DNA of 64,000 nt, taken from assembly GCA_038890745.1 (NCBI GenBank), contig JAWAFD010000002.1:163327-227326 (forward strand), written 5' to 3'. This document shows positions 43,543 to 53,412 of this stretch, one piece after another (the first letter of the stretch is position 1; each line of letters opens with the position of its first letter). The notes beneath the pieces are model-generated. The model saw only the letters and a list, made by a program, of their open reading frames with translations, was not told where the DNA came from and ran no database searches. A program made the translations under genes and the position numbers. Source of the stretch: Candidatus Anstonellales archaeon. Lineage in GTDB: Archaea > Micrarchaeota > Micrarchaeia > Anstonellales > J096.

Positions 43543-46500
43543 ATGTCCATAAGGGTTTTGCGTTTTGCGTTTGCACTATTTCTACTTTTATCTATCTTCA
43601 ACGCTGTTGATCTGAGTACCTGCGGTTCTCTCTCTTCAAATACCTACTACGAAGTAACTCAAGACCTTAATACTGGAGATTCCCAGACACCATGCCTTGT
43701 TGCATACGGCGTGTCTAATGTTGTGGTAAATTTGAAAGGGTATTCTGTTAGAGGAATAAAAATACAAAACTCTGCAAATAACATTACAATAGAAAACGGT
43801 TCATTAGCTCTTCCCGGTAATTATTTCGGATCTTTTGCTTACCTTAAAATATATATCCGCGATTCTTCAAATATTACTATAAAAAACGTTTCCCACTATG
43901 CCTATTGTACATCCCCGGGATGTAGCGGCCCGGAGATAGCCAATTCAATGAATGTTTATTTCTACGAAGTTTCCTCCACCCTTCCATCTGATGCAAGAGG
44001 AGGCAACCCAAGCGTTTTTTTTGGTATTCAAAACACAACAAACGCTACATTTGAACGGCTTAAGTATTCTTTCCCGGACTCTCTCGGCCACTGCACAGCC
44101 TTGGCTTGGACAGCGATTCTTATAGATTCTTCGGGTTCTGGTGCTAAAAAATCAAACAATATTGTGATAAAACAATCAGAAATAACAGGTTCTTGCAATG
44201 GAATACTTTCATATACAGAAAATTTGACGCTGTATAACAATATTATAGATACATACGACGTACAGATATGGCCGAAATATTGCAATAACAACATCACGAG
44301 CAACATGGGAAAAAACTCGCTCTACCCGATTGTTTACATGGAGCACAACTCCTCCCAAACCTATTCTCCTGGGTCAGTTTCTCAGCTTATTTTCTGCAAT
44401 ATCTCGAATTTTCAGGTCACAGGCCCAACAGCAATATACGGAGGAATTCTTCTCGTTAACTCTTCGAACAATACATTTAACGGATTCTCAACAAACACGA
44501 CATACACGGGAATAGTTTTTGACAGGAGCAAAGACAACAAGTTCTATAATGGTGGAATGCATAATGGAGTTTATGGGGTTTTGTTCTATGCAACAGATGG
44601 TGTTGCGTCCACAGGCAACTCATTTGAAAATACCTCGTCCTCTAATATCACAGACCGGGTGTTTGGAGGATGCGGAGTAAGAGGAGAGTGCGTGTGCAAT
44701 TTTTCAGTAAAAAACGCCTCTTTGAATGGATTCCCTGCTTGGTTTAATACAACAACAAACGGAATTACTGTTTCGAATGTAAACCTAAATGAGCTTACTT
44801 TCTGCGATGTTGAAAACTCTACAGTGAGCAATGTCAATATAACAAACGGGACTGGCTTTTGGAGCTTTTCAAGCGCAAACATCTTAGTTGAAAACTCAAA
44901 CATTTCCAATGCTCATTATCATAATCTTTTCTCATACCTTGATGATAACATTACAATAAGAAACAGCGATTTAAGCTATTTCAGGGTTGATCCCTCAGCA
45001 CAATGGGCATACAGCCACTCTACTATGTTTTCGCGTTCTCAAAATATCACCGTCGAAAACATAACCTCATATGAAACGAACGGTTTCGCAGTTTATATCG
45101 GAACTAATGCAAATGTTTTCAACTCAAAAATCATAAACACAAAATCTGGCGGATGCTACTACTGCAGTTTTTCCCTTGGTTTTTCAGGGACGAACGCATG
45201 GGCAGAAAACAATACCGTAATTTCAGATGAAACCAATCTCTATGGTATTGTCCTTGGGATAGCGTATAATTATTTGGGCGGAAACATAACAGCAAGGAAT
45301 AATACGATAATGGGAAAATATGTCGGCATCGCATTGAGCAATCATCCAGGATATCCCCAGCCAAACAATAATATCGTGAACATTACGAGGAATCTAATCC
45401 AAAACTCTTCCTATGGGATTATGATAAACCCGAGCACAACAAACATTACAGAAATAAGCTTCAACAGAATAGAAAATAAGATCGCATCCCGTGGAAGTAC
45501 TGCATGCATGTACTCTGTCGGCTCTTCATACAGAGGAATGAATGTATCCATATTCAACAATACAATGTACAATGCAACATATGGCTACTATGCCTCGTAT
45601 GGGATAAGAGACCATATATTCAATAATACGATATGCAATGTAAATACAGTTTTCTACCTCTACCACTCAACAGAAATATACATAGGAAACAATTCTATAT
45701 GCGATGATATATACACCCCCATAGATATAGTGAGCGATAATTCGCAGGAGTGCGCGCATGGAGTTAATTTCACAGTAAACGAAACAAACCCAGTTTATTT
45801 CAGTAACATAGATGATGTTGTTTTTGAAAACAACGACAGCATTGCGCAGATATTCTTGTGTAATGTGAGTAGAGCGCGGGTGCAAAACATCACGATGAGA
45901 AGGGAAAATGCCCAGTATGGCGTATGGGCCGTCCTCACACGATATAGCAACATTACAGATTTTAGATGTTATAACATGAACTCAAATGTGTATTGTGTTT
46001 ATTTCAAGCATTTGGATTTTGAAAATAGAGTAAAGGATTCTATCATCGTGAACAATACATATGGCATAAGGATTTCTGAAAATTCAAACACCACGCATGT
46101 CTATAACAACACCTTTGAAAACAACACCTATTCAGTTTATTTGGAAGGATACCTAAACAATATTTCAACCAACTCTTTCAAAAACCCAAAATCTGAGGGT
46201 GTAGAAGTTTATCTTTATGCCCTAAATTCAAATAATAATACAATAAGTAATAACACATTTACACAGTTAACTAATGGGTATGCTTTTAAGATCGTATATA
46301 AGTCAGCCTCCGGGAATGTTTTTGAGTGGAACACTGTTAATGGCCCGGGTGAATACTATAGCCCGATTTGGATATCCGGCCAAAGTAATACATTCAGATT
46401 TAATACACTAAACGGCACAAAAACCAGCTCTGGTTTCCTAAACAGAGCAAACGGCTCTGTTTTTTACAACAACACAATAGAAAACTTCAGTGTCGGAATA

Positions 46501-48234
46501 TATAATGACTACCGGCCAGGATGGTATGCTGGGAACAATTCTCTCATATACCACAATTTCTTTAGAAATATTACAAACTATTATGTTTGGTGGGATTCGC
46601 ACCTTACAGTATTTTTAAACACTTCAGTTTCAGGGGTTGCGCAGGGGAATTATTATGACGACATTCTAGAGTATCAAATATACGATTCTGATGATAATAG
46701 CTACTGCGACTATGGAGACCAATACCCATACGGAAACCCGCCAACTGCAAAACTTCCTGCCACCCCGCCTTGGAAGGACTATGGACCCATAATCCTAGGA
46801 GGAATATACGATCATCCTAATGGAGAGAATGAATCCGCCTATTCAGCATTCTACCTCAACAAATACATCTATGATTTGGAAAGGCACTACACTACTTCCT
46901 TTATTCGCTATAACCACTCAACCCAAGGATTAAGACTTATGGTAAAAGGCCATTTCCATTTTGGGGACGTAAACATAAGCAATGCGAGCATATACACAGG
47001 TGCTTTGGAAACTGGCGGAAACTACACAGTTATAAACGCCACCTCTGCGGCGGGAATAAACGAAACCATCTCATTTTTTGTTCCAAACTTTTTGGACCAG
47101 GGGGTTTTTGTCTGCCCGAATGCAGAATCCCCGCAGGAGCTTACTTACAACTGCGAAGGATATACCTCTTTTGACATTACAGAATGCGAGGCAGGAACAA
47201 CAAAAAATGGAATAACAGTGAATTTAATAACTTTCCTAGGTCAGGAATACTACAACATTACGCATGCTCAAAAAAGGGGAGGGGCAGGGGAGGAGATAGG
47301 TGCGAACCTTACGATATGGGACACGAGCGATAACGAGACAATTTGCCCAGGAGAAAACATTACATTTTTTGCAAACTATTCAAACGCAACTTCTGGTGAG
47401 CCAATCCTGAATGCAGACTGCAACATAAGTTTTGAGGATGGGGTTTCTGCGATGATGTGGTACAACGACTCAAGTTTGCTTTATGAATACAACAGAAGCT
47501 TTGATAACCCAGGAATATACTACTACAATGTCACATGCAATGCGACCGATTATCCAACGAGGTTTAGAGAGGACCATGCACAGGTTTTTATATGCGGGGT
47601 GTATCTCTATGGAGTAAATGTTACGGTTATTAACATAAGCAAGTATAATTATACTTATGAGGTAGGGAGATATCCTCTTAGGCCAGGAAATATTACGAAC
47701 CTTAATATAGACATGAATGTTTCTACAGAGAAATGGGCAGGCTTCTATGGCAATATCAGCAATGGAACATACTTAGTTTTAGGGGATGCGGTAGGAAATT
47801 TTATGTATAAATGGCCATGGGGAGGGGAGGAAGGAAAGGGAAGGGTTGTGTGCACAAGCACAAACGGAAGTTTGTACTTCATCAACCTTACCGGTGCTCT
47901 TGGAAGCGAGATAGATACAGCATGGAATTTCCTTCCGAACGCGGCTGATTCTGGAACGAACACATTCAACCAGCAGTGCGACATTACTTTTGGCGCGTAT
48001 ACAATACAAAATGCTGCATGCAGGCCTACAGGGTATTGGAATTTCTACACCCGTGCCCTCAAAATCTATCCGTGGCTTGGTCATAAGGACCAGATGGTAT
48101 TCTGCACAAACATCACCTCTGCAACAAGCTTTGTGGATACTCCAGTTGATTTTGAGCTTATCGTTCCTACAGAATACGGAATGGGCAGCGGCCCTCCTTA
48201 TGAAATATACTATTTCTATGTATCCATAGAGTAA
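43543..48234 (+). CDS. giant (1563 aa) secreted beta-helix surface protein ending in the WAGFYGN-type module
   Basis: The signal peptide is MSIRVLRFAFALFLLLSIFNA. Asn-rich ~22-aa rungs run throughout. The C-terminus reads ..GNITNLNIDMNVSTEKWAGFYGNISNGTYLVLGDAVGNFMYKW...MVFCTNITS...VDFELIVPTE...YEIYYFYVSIE. Confidence 0.85.
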   Translation: MSIRVLRFAFALFLLLSIFNAVDLSTCGSLSSNTYYEVTQDLNTGDSQTPCLVAYGVSNVVVNLKGYSVRGIKIQNSANNITIENGSLALPGNYFGSFAYLKIYIRDSSNITIKNVSHYAYCTSPGCSGPEIANSMNVYFYEVSSTLPSDARGGNPSVFFGIQNTTNATFERLKYSFPDSLGHCTALAWTAILIDSSGSGAKKSNNIVIKQSEITGSCNGILSYTENLTLYNNIIDTYDVQIWPKYCNNNITSNMGKNSLYPIVYMEHNSSQTYSPGSVSQLIFCNISNFQVTGPTAIYGGILLVNSSNNTFNGFSTNTTYTGIVFDRSKDNKFYNGGMHNGVYGVLFYATDGVASTGNSFENTSSSNITDRVFGGCGVRGECVCNFSVKNASLNGFPAWFNTTTNGITVSNVNLNELTFCDVENSTVSNVNITNGTGFWSFSSANILVENSNISNAHYHNLFSYLDDNITIRNSDLSYFRVDPSAQWAYSHSTMFSRSQNITVENITSYETNGFAVYIGTNANVFNSKIINTKSGGCYYCSFSLGFSGTNAWAENNTVISDETNLYGIVLGIAYNYLGGNITARNNTIMGKYVGIALSNHPGYPQPNNNIVNITRNLIQNSSYGIMINPSTTNITEISFNRIENKIASRGSTACMYSVGSSYRGMNVSIFNNTMYNATYGYYASYGIRDHIFNNTICNVNTVFYLYHSTEIYIGNNSICDDIYTPIDIVSDNSQECAHGVNFTVNETNPVYFSNIDDVVFENNDSIAQIFLCNVSRARVQNITMRRENAQYGVWAVLTRYSNITDFRCYNMNSNVYCVYFKHLDFENRVKDSIIVNNTYGIRISENSNTTHVYNNTFENNTYSVYLEGYLNNISTNSFKNPKSEGVEVYLYALNSNNNTISNNTFTQLTNGYAFKIVYKSASGNVFEWNTVNGPGEYYSPIWISGQSNTFRFNTLNGTKTSSGFLNRANGSVFYNNTIENFSVGIYNDYRPGWYAGNNSLIYHNFFRNITNYYVWWDSHLTVFLNTSVSGVAQGNYYDDILEYQIYDSDDNSYCDYGDQYPYGNPPTAKLPATPPWKDYGPIILGGIYDHPNGENESAYSAFYLNKYIYDLERHYTTSFIRYNHSTQGLRLMVKGHFHFGDVNISNASIYTGALETGGNYTVINATSAAGINETISFFVPNFLDQGVFVCPNAESPQELTYNCEGYTSFDITECEAGTTKNGITVNLITFLGQEYYNITHAQKRGGAGEEIGANLTIWDTSDNETICPGENITFFANYSNATSGEPILNADCNISFEDGVSAMMWYNDSSLLYEYNRSFDNPGIYYYNVTCNATDYPTRFREDHAQVFICGVYLYGVNVTVINISKYNYTYEVGRYPLRPGNITNLNIDMNVSTEKWAGFYGNISNGTYLVLGDAVGNFMYKWPWGGEEGKGRVVCTSTNGSLYFINLTGALGSEIDTAWNFLPNAADSGTNTFNQQCDITFGAYTIQNAACRPTGYWNFYTRALKIYPWLGHKDQMVFCTNITSATSFVDTPVDFELIVPTEYGMGSGPPYEIYYFYVSIE

Positions 48235-48274
48235 CCATAATGTTTAAAAACATATGTATACATAAAAAATAACC

Positions 48275-49135
48275 ATGAAATGGGGTAAGAAGATTGCGCT
48301 CGCTGCTGGAATTACTCTTCCTGCAATTGGTTTAGGAGCAAAAGAAGTAAAAGCAGATCCGTTTCCAGGTCAACCCCTCCAAGTTTCACACTTGGATCAA
48401 CAGGCGATGGATTATCTTTATGGATTACGCCTTCCAATGATTATAGATAGTTTAAACGAAAGAATAACCATTTACAAGAAAATGTTACAGTCCGCCGAAA
48501 ATAGATACCCTGACCTTACTTTTATTTCTCGCATCCTCTCCCAAAGTGGAGTTGCCATGGACCGCATAGGAGACCAATCCACTTTAATAACAGGAGTAAC
48601 TTCAACACCAACAACAGCAATTGTTTCAGTAATGGATATTCTAGATATAAATAGTTCTGGTGTTGTTCAAGGCGTGAAGTTAAGACCAGAATATCGCAAG
48701 AAAGCAGTTTGGCTTTTCGGAGAGACAGAGGTATGCGAATTAGAGAACGCCCTCTCCAAACTTTTCACAAATACCATGGACGAGTACAGAGTTGATTATA
48801 TAAGTCCGGGAGGGACGAGTAAGGGCCAGTCATCTTCCACTGTTCCAAAATGGTTAGATGCTCTTGATGGAAAGTATGTTTACATGCTTGTTAAAATAGT
48901 TATGTTGGTTAATGGAATTAAACCGGAAGATGTTGCTGCTTACAGTAAAGACCTTGATACTGCGTATAAAGAGATTCTATGGTTAATGTTTCAGATCAAT
49001 TGCGCGACCAAGGCAAAGAGTTTGGCAGAATGGCTATCAGAACACGGCGCTGACCCAAATATTCCATACGAAATAAAAATGCAAAAGTATGATGAATTAA
49101 AAATATTACTTAAACAGCTGGGGATATACATCTAG
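48275..49135 (+). CDS. secreted hypothetical protein (286 aa)
   Basis: The signal peptide is MKWGKKIALAAGITLPAIGLGAKEVKA. The protein is not Asn/sequon-rich, unlike its neighbours. A TATA-like GTTTAAAAAC lies at 48242-48251. Confidence 0.7.
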   Translation: MKWGKKIALAAGITLPAIGLGAKEVKADPFPGQPLQVSHLDQQAMDYLYGLRLPMIIDSLNERITIYKKMLQSAENRYPDLTFISRILSQSGVAMDRIGDQSTLITGVTSTPTTAIVSVMDILDINSSGVVQGVKLRPEYRKKAVWLFGETEVCELENALSKLFTNTMDEYRVDYISPGGTSKGQSSSTVPKWLDALDGKYVYMLVKIVMLVNGIKPEDVAAYSKDLDTAYKEILWLMFQINCATKAKSLAEWLSEHGADPNIPYEIKMQKYDELKILLKQLGIYI

Positions 49136-49155
49136 TTCCCTCTTTTTTCTTTTTT
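49136..49155 (+). terminator. T-rich terminator-like tract (TTCCCTCTTTTTTCTTTTTT)
   Basis: It lies immediately after the stop at 49135 and resembles the tracts at 28411 and 61128. Confidence 0.45.
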
Positions 49156-49170
49156 ATCCATTCCCATAAG

Positions 49171-49180
49171 CTTTATAAAT
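49171..49180 (+). promoter_or_regulatory. TATA-box-like CTTTATAAAT upstream of the 1398-aa gene
   Basis: The box lies ~35 nt upstream of ATG 49212. The SD-like sequence CGGTGA is at 49202-49207. Confidence 0.4.
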
Positions 49181-49211
49181 ATTAGAAGAGTAAGTAAATA
49201 ACGGTGAAAAC

Positions 49212-52200
49212 ATGTTTGTTTTTCAGGCAGGTAAAAAAGCGCAAAAAATTAGGGAAGAGGAGATTTCGCCGAAACAGTATGTAAAAAATTTTTTAACTAC
49301 AAAAGGCGTTTCTCTTGAAGGTGCTTGGGAAGATTTTTTTAATTTTATTGAAAAAAAAGGGAAAAGTGCAGATAATCCATACCTCGATATAATAGTTGTG
49401 CAAGGAGAAGAAAAAGCAAGTAAGCTCGCAGATGCTTTAACCATTCTTCATGATTATATTGCTCAATACTTCGGTGTAGATATCAAAATAAGCCGACAAG
49501 GAAAAGTAGTTAGTTTAGAGAGAGTTGATGTTATACCTCAAAAACCGGAAATCGCAGGTGTACCTTCAAAGCTCCCTCAAGCCCCGGCCCCGGCATATCA
49601 ACCACCCCAACCCTGGGAAGAGGTTGAGAGGGCAAAGGAAGAGCTCGGAAAGAAATATCCTACTGTTGTCGAGTTCCATTCTTCGCAGGAAAAAGACTAC
49701 TGGCTCGCTCAAAGAGACCCTAACAAAGAAGAGTGGGAGGTTGTAGGCCCATTTAGAAGAGAATTTGACGATACCCTTCATGCTGAAAAGATAAGGGTTT
49801 ATGCCACGAGTATGGGTAAGTATACAGCAATCTTGTGGGTTGTCCCAGACTACATTCATGCCCTCAAGTTTTATATTGATAATGCAAGAACCTACAATGC
49901 AAAGGACGCCTCAGCAGTGAGAGATAACTTAGGAGCGCCCGGTGGTTTTCTTGCAGCTCTTTTCAATGGTCAAGCAGATTTTTTAACTCACAAAAAAAAC
50001 GGGGAACTTGTTAGGAGCTTTAAAGGTGATCCGAGAAAGTTGGCAGCATTTTTAAGCAGGGGATGGACAGGAGTGTTGTATGGTAGTGAGAAAAAGACGA
50101 TATCCAAACATTCCGAAAAAATAGACGAGCTAATGAACTTTGCTAAAGGTTCATTTGATAATTTAAGAGGAGTTCTTCCAGATGATAGTTGGGTTGCTTT
50201 TAAAGTCGGTGGAGAGGCCATGGCCGAGTATGCAATTCGACTTGGTCTCATAAACGAAAAGATAAGGGATGATTATGCGAATGCGTTTGCATTCGGAATG
50301 CTTGAGATCTCTTATTTTGAATCAGGTTTGTCACTAAAAGACTTTTTTGCTTGGTATAGAGGAGAAGATACAGGACGCATAGATCCTGATACAGTAATAA
50401 GAAATATAATCAAGGTGAAGGAAGGAAATAAATATAGGCTTTTTTACGGTGGAGAGGAGATAACCGAACCTACAGAAATTGTTTTTAGCCCGTATAAAGA
50501 TTTGATGATAACAGATAGCAGCGGTAATATGCTTGCCCATCTGCGCATTACCCATTCAAACTGGTTGTATAGGAGAAGTGCGTGGGAGGGAAATAAGGAT
50601 TACAGTGAATTAATTCAGAAAGGCGTGTTTAAAACATCCGTTGACAAATGGTCCTGGCTTGGAATAGGAGTGACCGTTATTTACCATCCAGTTAATAAAG
50701 AGATTAGTTTTGATATTGTTCCTGGGATTTCAGAAGAGGTTTGGTTGGGCGGGGTTAAACCTAAGCCAGAAGAAATTAGACCTCCAGAGGAAAGAATGGC
50801 AAACGCTTTTAGTATAGTTGGCGATAGAGAATTTCGGATTGTTGGAACCGGATTTAAAACAAACGGAAGGATAATAGCATATGGAGAAACAGATATAAAA
50901 GATTTGAGGGATGATCCTAATTTCTCTCTTAACTATATCGCATATTCTTCTCCTCTCCCAAAACAGGAGATGTGGTTCCCCGGGTTAAGAGGAAAGAAGG
51001 AGAGGTATGTTGCGTATATTCTCCTTCCGGCTGGAGAAAGCATTCAAGACCGACTACCTTCCTGGATTAAAAAGTGTGAGAGTGGGATACAAAATGGAGC
51101 CTTTGTTTATGAGGATTACAGGTATGATCTCATTCTTACTACAAAGGACGGAAAACAGATGAACGTTCTACCGGGTGTTTCTGTAAACCTGATACAAAAG
51201 GGTCTTAAGCCAGAGTACCTCCAGTATGAAATTAATCCAGACGGTACTTATGATATTTATGTTTGCTTAAATAAAGATGGAGAGATAGTTAGACGGCCAG
51301 ACCCTGAGAAAATTAGGAATAGAGAGTATTACATTGAGACAATAGCTACGGGGGTTAACACAGGAGGCTCTGAAATTGTGAGCGCTTCGTTTGTAGATAA
51401 TAAAAGAACCGGGCTTGATATATATGCGGTTGTTAAATTAGACAAGGATGGCACAGCAACCCTTCAAGACGCTGCAAGGATCGTTGGCCATGAGTTTGAC
51501 TACAAATGGTTGGATGAAAAAGGATACAGAAAAGTGTATCTTGGTTCTCTTCCATCCTCCAGGGTTGTGGAAACCGCACCCGGGGAAAAATCATACCATA
51601 TTCTCCCAACAGATATTAGTTCAGACTGGCAACCCCTTCTAGTTGGAACGATTCCTCCTGAATTGATAAGAGTAAGCGCAGATGGAAAAACAGGAGAATT
51701 TACAGCAGAACTTTATCCGACTGTTGCGGTGCAGAAAGGAATAAAGAACTATTATGTAACCTACTACATGAATTATAAGGGGAAGCCGCCTGTTTCTTTT
51801 GATTTTGCTGGCCTGCCTGTTTCTGTTGAGACGCTCGCAAGTAAAGACGCCGAAACAAGAAAAGCCGCGATAAGCCAACTTCTTTCACTCTCTCAGAATC
51901 CAATGTCTTCTACTGAAGCATCAGACTATATGGGACTTATTTCAGAAGTAGAAGGAAAATGGAGGGACAGGCTTGATGAGGAAGATAGGAAAAACTTGGC
52001 AGCAGCAAGGGCTAACTTTGAAAGATACTCTGGAATAGCAAGAGGAGGAGAGATTGCGGCGGGGGTGAGCGAGAGACTACCTACGCTTCCGGAGCCGCAG
52101 TATACACTCTCTATGAATCAACAGAGTATTACTGGACTTACCACTGCAGATATTCCTTCGCAGTGGGATAGGATATGGGGGATTCAGGATGATCAAGCAA

Positions 52201-53408
52201 AACTCCACCGATTTAGCGAAGCTGTTCATGCTCTTGGGGTAGGATTAATGTTAGATGTTGGGGAAGAGCGAGAAAAAGCAAAACAGTTTGGTTATGAATT
52301 TTTAAAGGCCTTCATCCCAAACCCAAAACCCTCATTTGAGGACCTTACCGAGGAGGAAAAAAATGCTATTGCTGCGATGGTTTATGGAAAAGACTATGGG
52401 CAGCTTGGCTCTGTTCAGAAAACAAATGTTGCGAAGATCTATTCATTGCTGATAAATGGGAATATAAAAGAGCTGTTCGAAACACCGGGTTTAATAGAGG
52501 CTACAAATTTAGAAGGTATAGTAGATCCGATTTCTAAGATGGAATTTCTTTCTAAAATAAATGAGAATGTTATGAGTGTGGGGGACATTATTCTTGATTG
52601 GAGAAGTGGTGGTACTGCTGCAGGCGAGCTCGGTGCTCCGACAGCCGGGTTGGCTGCAAACCTAGGTGCTTTTGTTGACTTTATAGATACAGAGTATAAA
52701 CGCGGGAGATTGCAGCTTATTAAAGTTGAAGAAACAGACCCAGAAACTGGAAAGAAAGAAATACACTATGCTTACGGTGGGCTTGATATTGCTGATAAAA
52801 GAAGGCTTGGTATAGAACCAAGACTGAGAGGAGAGATAACAGCACGTCTTCCAAGCGGCATTAAAGCAACCATAAAAGGCGGAGTTGGATACAGAGCAGA
52901 ATTTGAAAAGGGTGAGCGAGGAAGAGGGAGATGGACTTCAAATGTAGGGATGGAGATTGGAGACATACGAATTCCACATACTAATGTTGTTCTTTTAATA
53001 AATGGCGATTGGGGAAAGATACCTGCTCTTCGCGGTATGGAGGAACGCACTACTGTGAGCGGAACTGCATCCTTTAATCTTTTAGTTCCCCACTCAGCAA
53101 CGATAGGTTTGAGAAGAAGCGTATACACACGTGAGGGCGAGGTGGAAGAACTTTCTCCTACTGGAGTGGAAAGGACAGGTTTTGCAGTACTTACATCCAC
53201 GCTATACGAGACTCCTGAAGGTAGGAAGCTCTCATCCAATCTCTCTGCTGAGGTTGATAGATTGTCAAGGCAAGGCTGGAAGAGATGGGAGATTGGAGGG
53301 GAGTATCAGGTTGCTCCTGGTAAAACATTCTATGCGGGGATTGGACGTGTCAACACACAGCTAGGAATATATAATACTTTTAGGATTGGTTTTCGATTGA
53401 GGATCTGA
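49212..53408 (+). CDS. large (1398 aa) hypothetical protein with no N-terminal signal peptide and a C-terminal ~210-aa amphipathic beta-hairpin region
   Basis: An uninterrupted ORF with an SD. The N-terminus MFVFQAGKKAQKIREEE is hydrophilic. The C-terminus (~52780-53405) shows alternating hydrophobic/polar strands joined by short G/P/E turns and ends ..KTFYAGIGRVNTQLGIYNTFRIGFRLRI. No family recognised. Confidence 0.8.
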   Translation: MFVFQAGKKAQKIREEEISPKQYVKNFLTTKGVSLEGAWEDFFNFIEKKGKSADNPYLDIIVVQGEEKASKLADALTILHDYIAQYFGVDIKISRQGKVVSLERVDVIPQKPEIAGVPSKLPQAPAPAYQPPQPWEEVERAKEELGKKYPTVVEFHSSQEKDYWLAQRDPNKEEWEVVGPFRREFDDTLHAEKIRVYATSMGKYTAILWVVPDYIHALKFYIDNARTYNAKDASAVRDNLGAPGGFLAALFNGQADFLTHKKNGELVRSFKGDPRKLAAFLSRGWTGVLYGSEKKTISKHSEKIDELMNFAKGSFDNLRGVLPDDSWVAFKVGGEAMAEYAIRLGLINEKIRDDYANAFAFGMLEISYFESGLSLKDFFAWYRGEDTGRIDPDTVIRNIIKVKEGNKYRLFYGGEEITEPTEIVFSPYKDLMITDSSGNMLAHLRITHSNWLYRRSAWEGNKDYSELIQKGVFKTSVDKWSWLGIGVTVIYHPVNKEISFDIVPGISEEVWLGGVKPKPEEIRPPEERMANAFSIVGDREFRIVGTGFKTNGRIIAYGETDIKDLRDDPNFSLNYIAYSSPLPKQEMWFPGLRGKKERYVAYILLPAGESIQDRLPSWIKKCESGIQNGAFVYEDYRYDLILTTKDGKQMNVLPGVSVNLIQKGLKPEYLQYEINPDGTYDIYVCLNKDGEIVRRPDPEKIRNREYYIETIATGVNTGGSEIVSASFVDNKRTGLDIYAVVKLDKDGTATLQDAARIVGHEFDYKWLDEKGYRKVYLGSLPSSRVVETAPGEKSYHILPTDISSDWQPLLVGTIPPELIRVSADGKTGEFTAELYPTVAVQKGIKNYYVTYYMNYKGKPPVSFDFAGLPVSVETLASKDAETRKAAISQLLSLSQNPMSSTEASDYMGLISEVEGKWRDRLDEEDRKNLAAARANFERYSGIARGGEIAAGVSERLPTLPEPQYTLSMNQQSITGLTTADIPSQWDRIWGIQDDQAKLHRFSEAVHALGVGLMLDVGEEREKAKQFGYEFLKAFIPNPKPSFEDLTEEEKNAIAAMVYGKDYGQLGSVQKTNVAKIYSLLINGNIKELFETPGLIEATNLEGIVDPISKMEFLSKINENVMSVGDIILDWRSGGTAAGELGAPTAGLAANLGAFVDFIDTEYKRGRLQLIKVEETDPETGKKEIHYAYGGLDIADKRRLGIEPRLRGEITARLPSGIKATIKGGVGYRAEFEKGERGRGRWTSNVGMEIGDIRIPHTNVVLLINGDWGKIPALRGMEERTTVSGTASFNLLVPHSATIGLRRSVYTREGEVEELSPTGVERTGFAVLTSTLYETPEGRKLSSNLSAEVDRLSRQGWKRWEIGGEYQVAPGKTFYAGIGRVNTQLGIYNTFRIGFRLRI

Positions 53409-53412
53409 AAAC

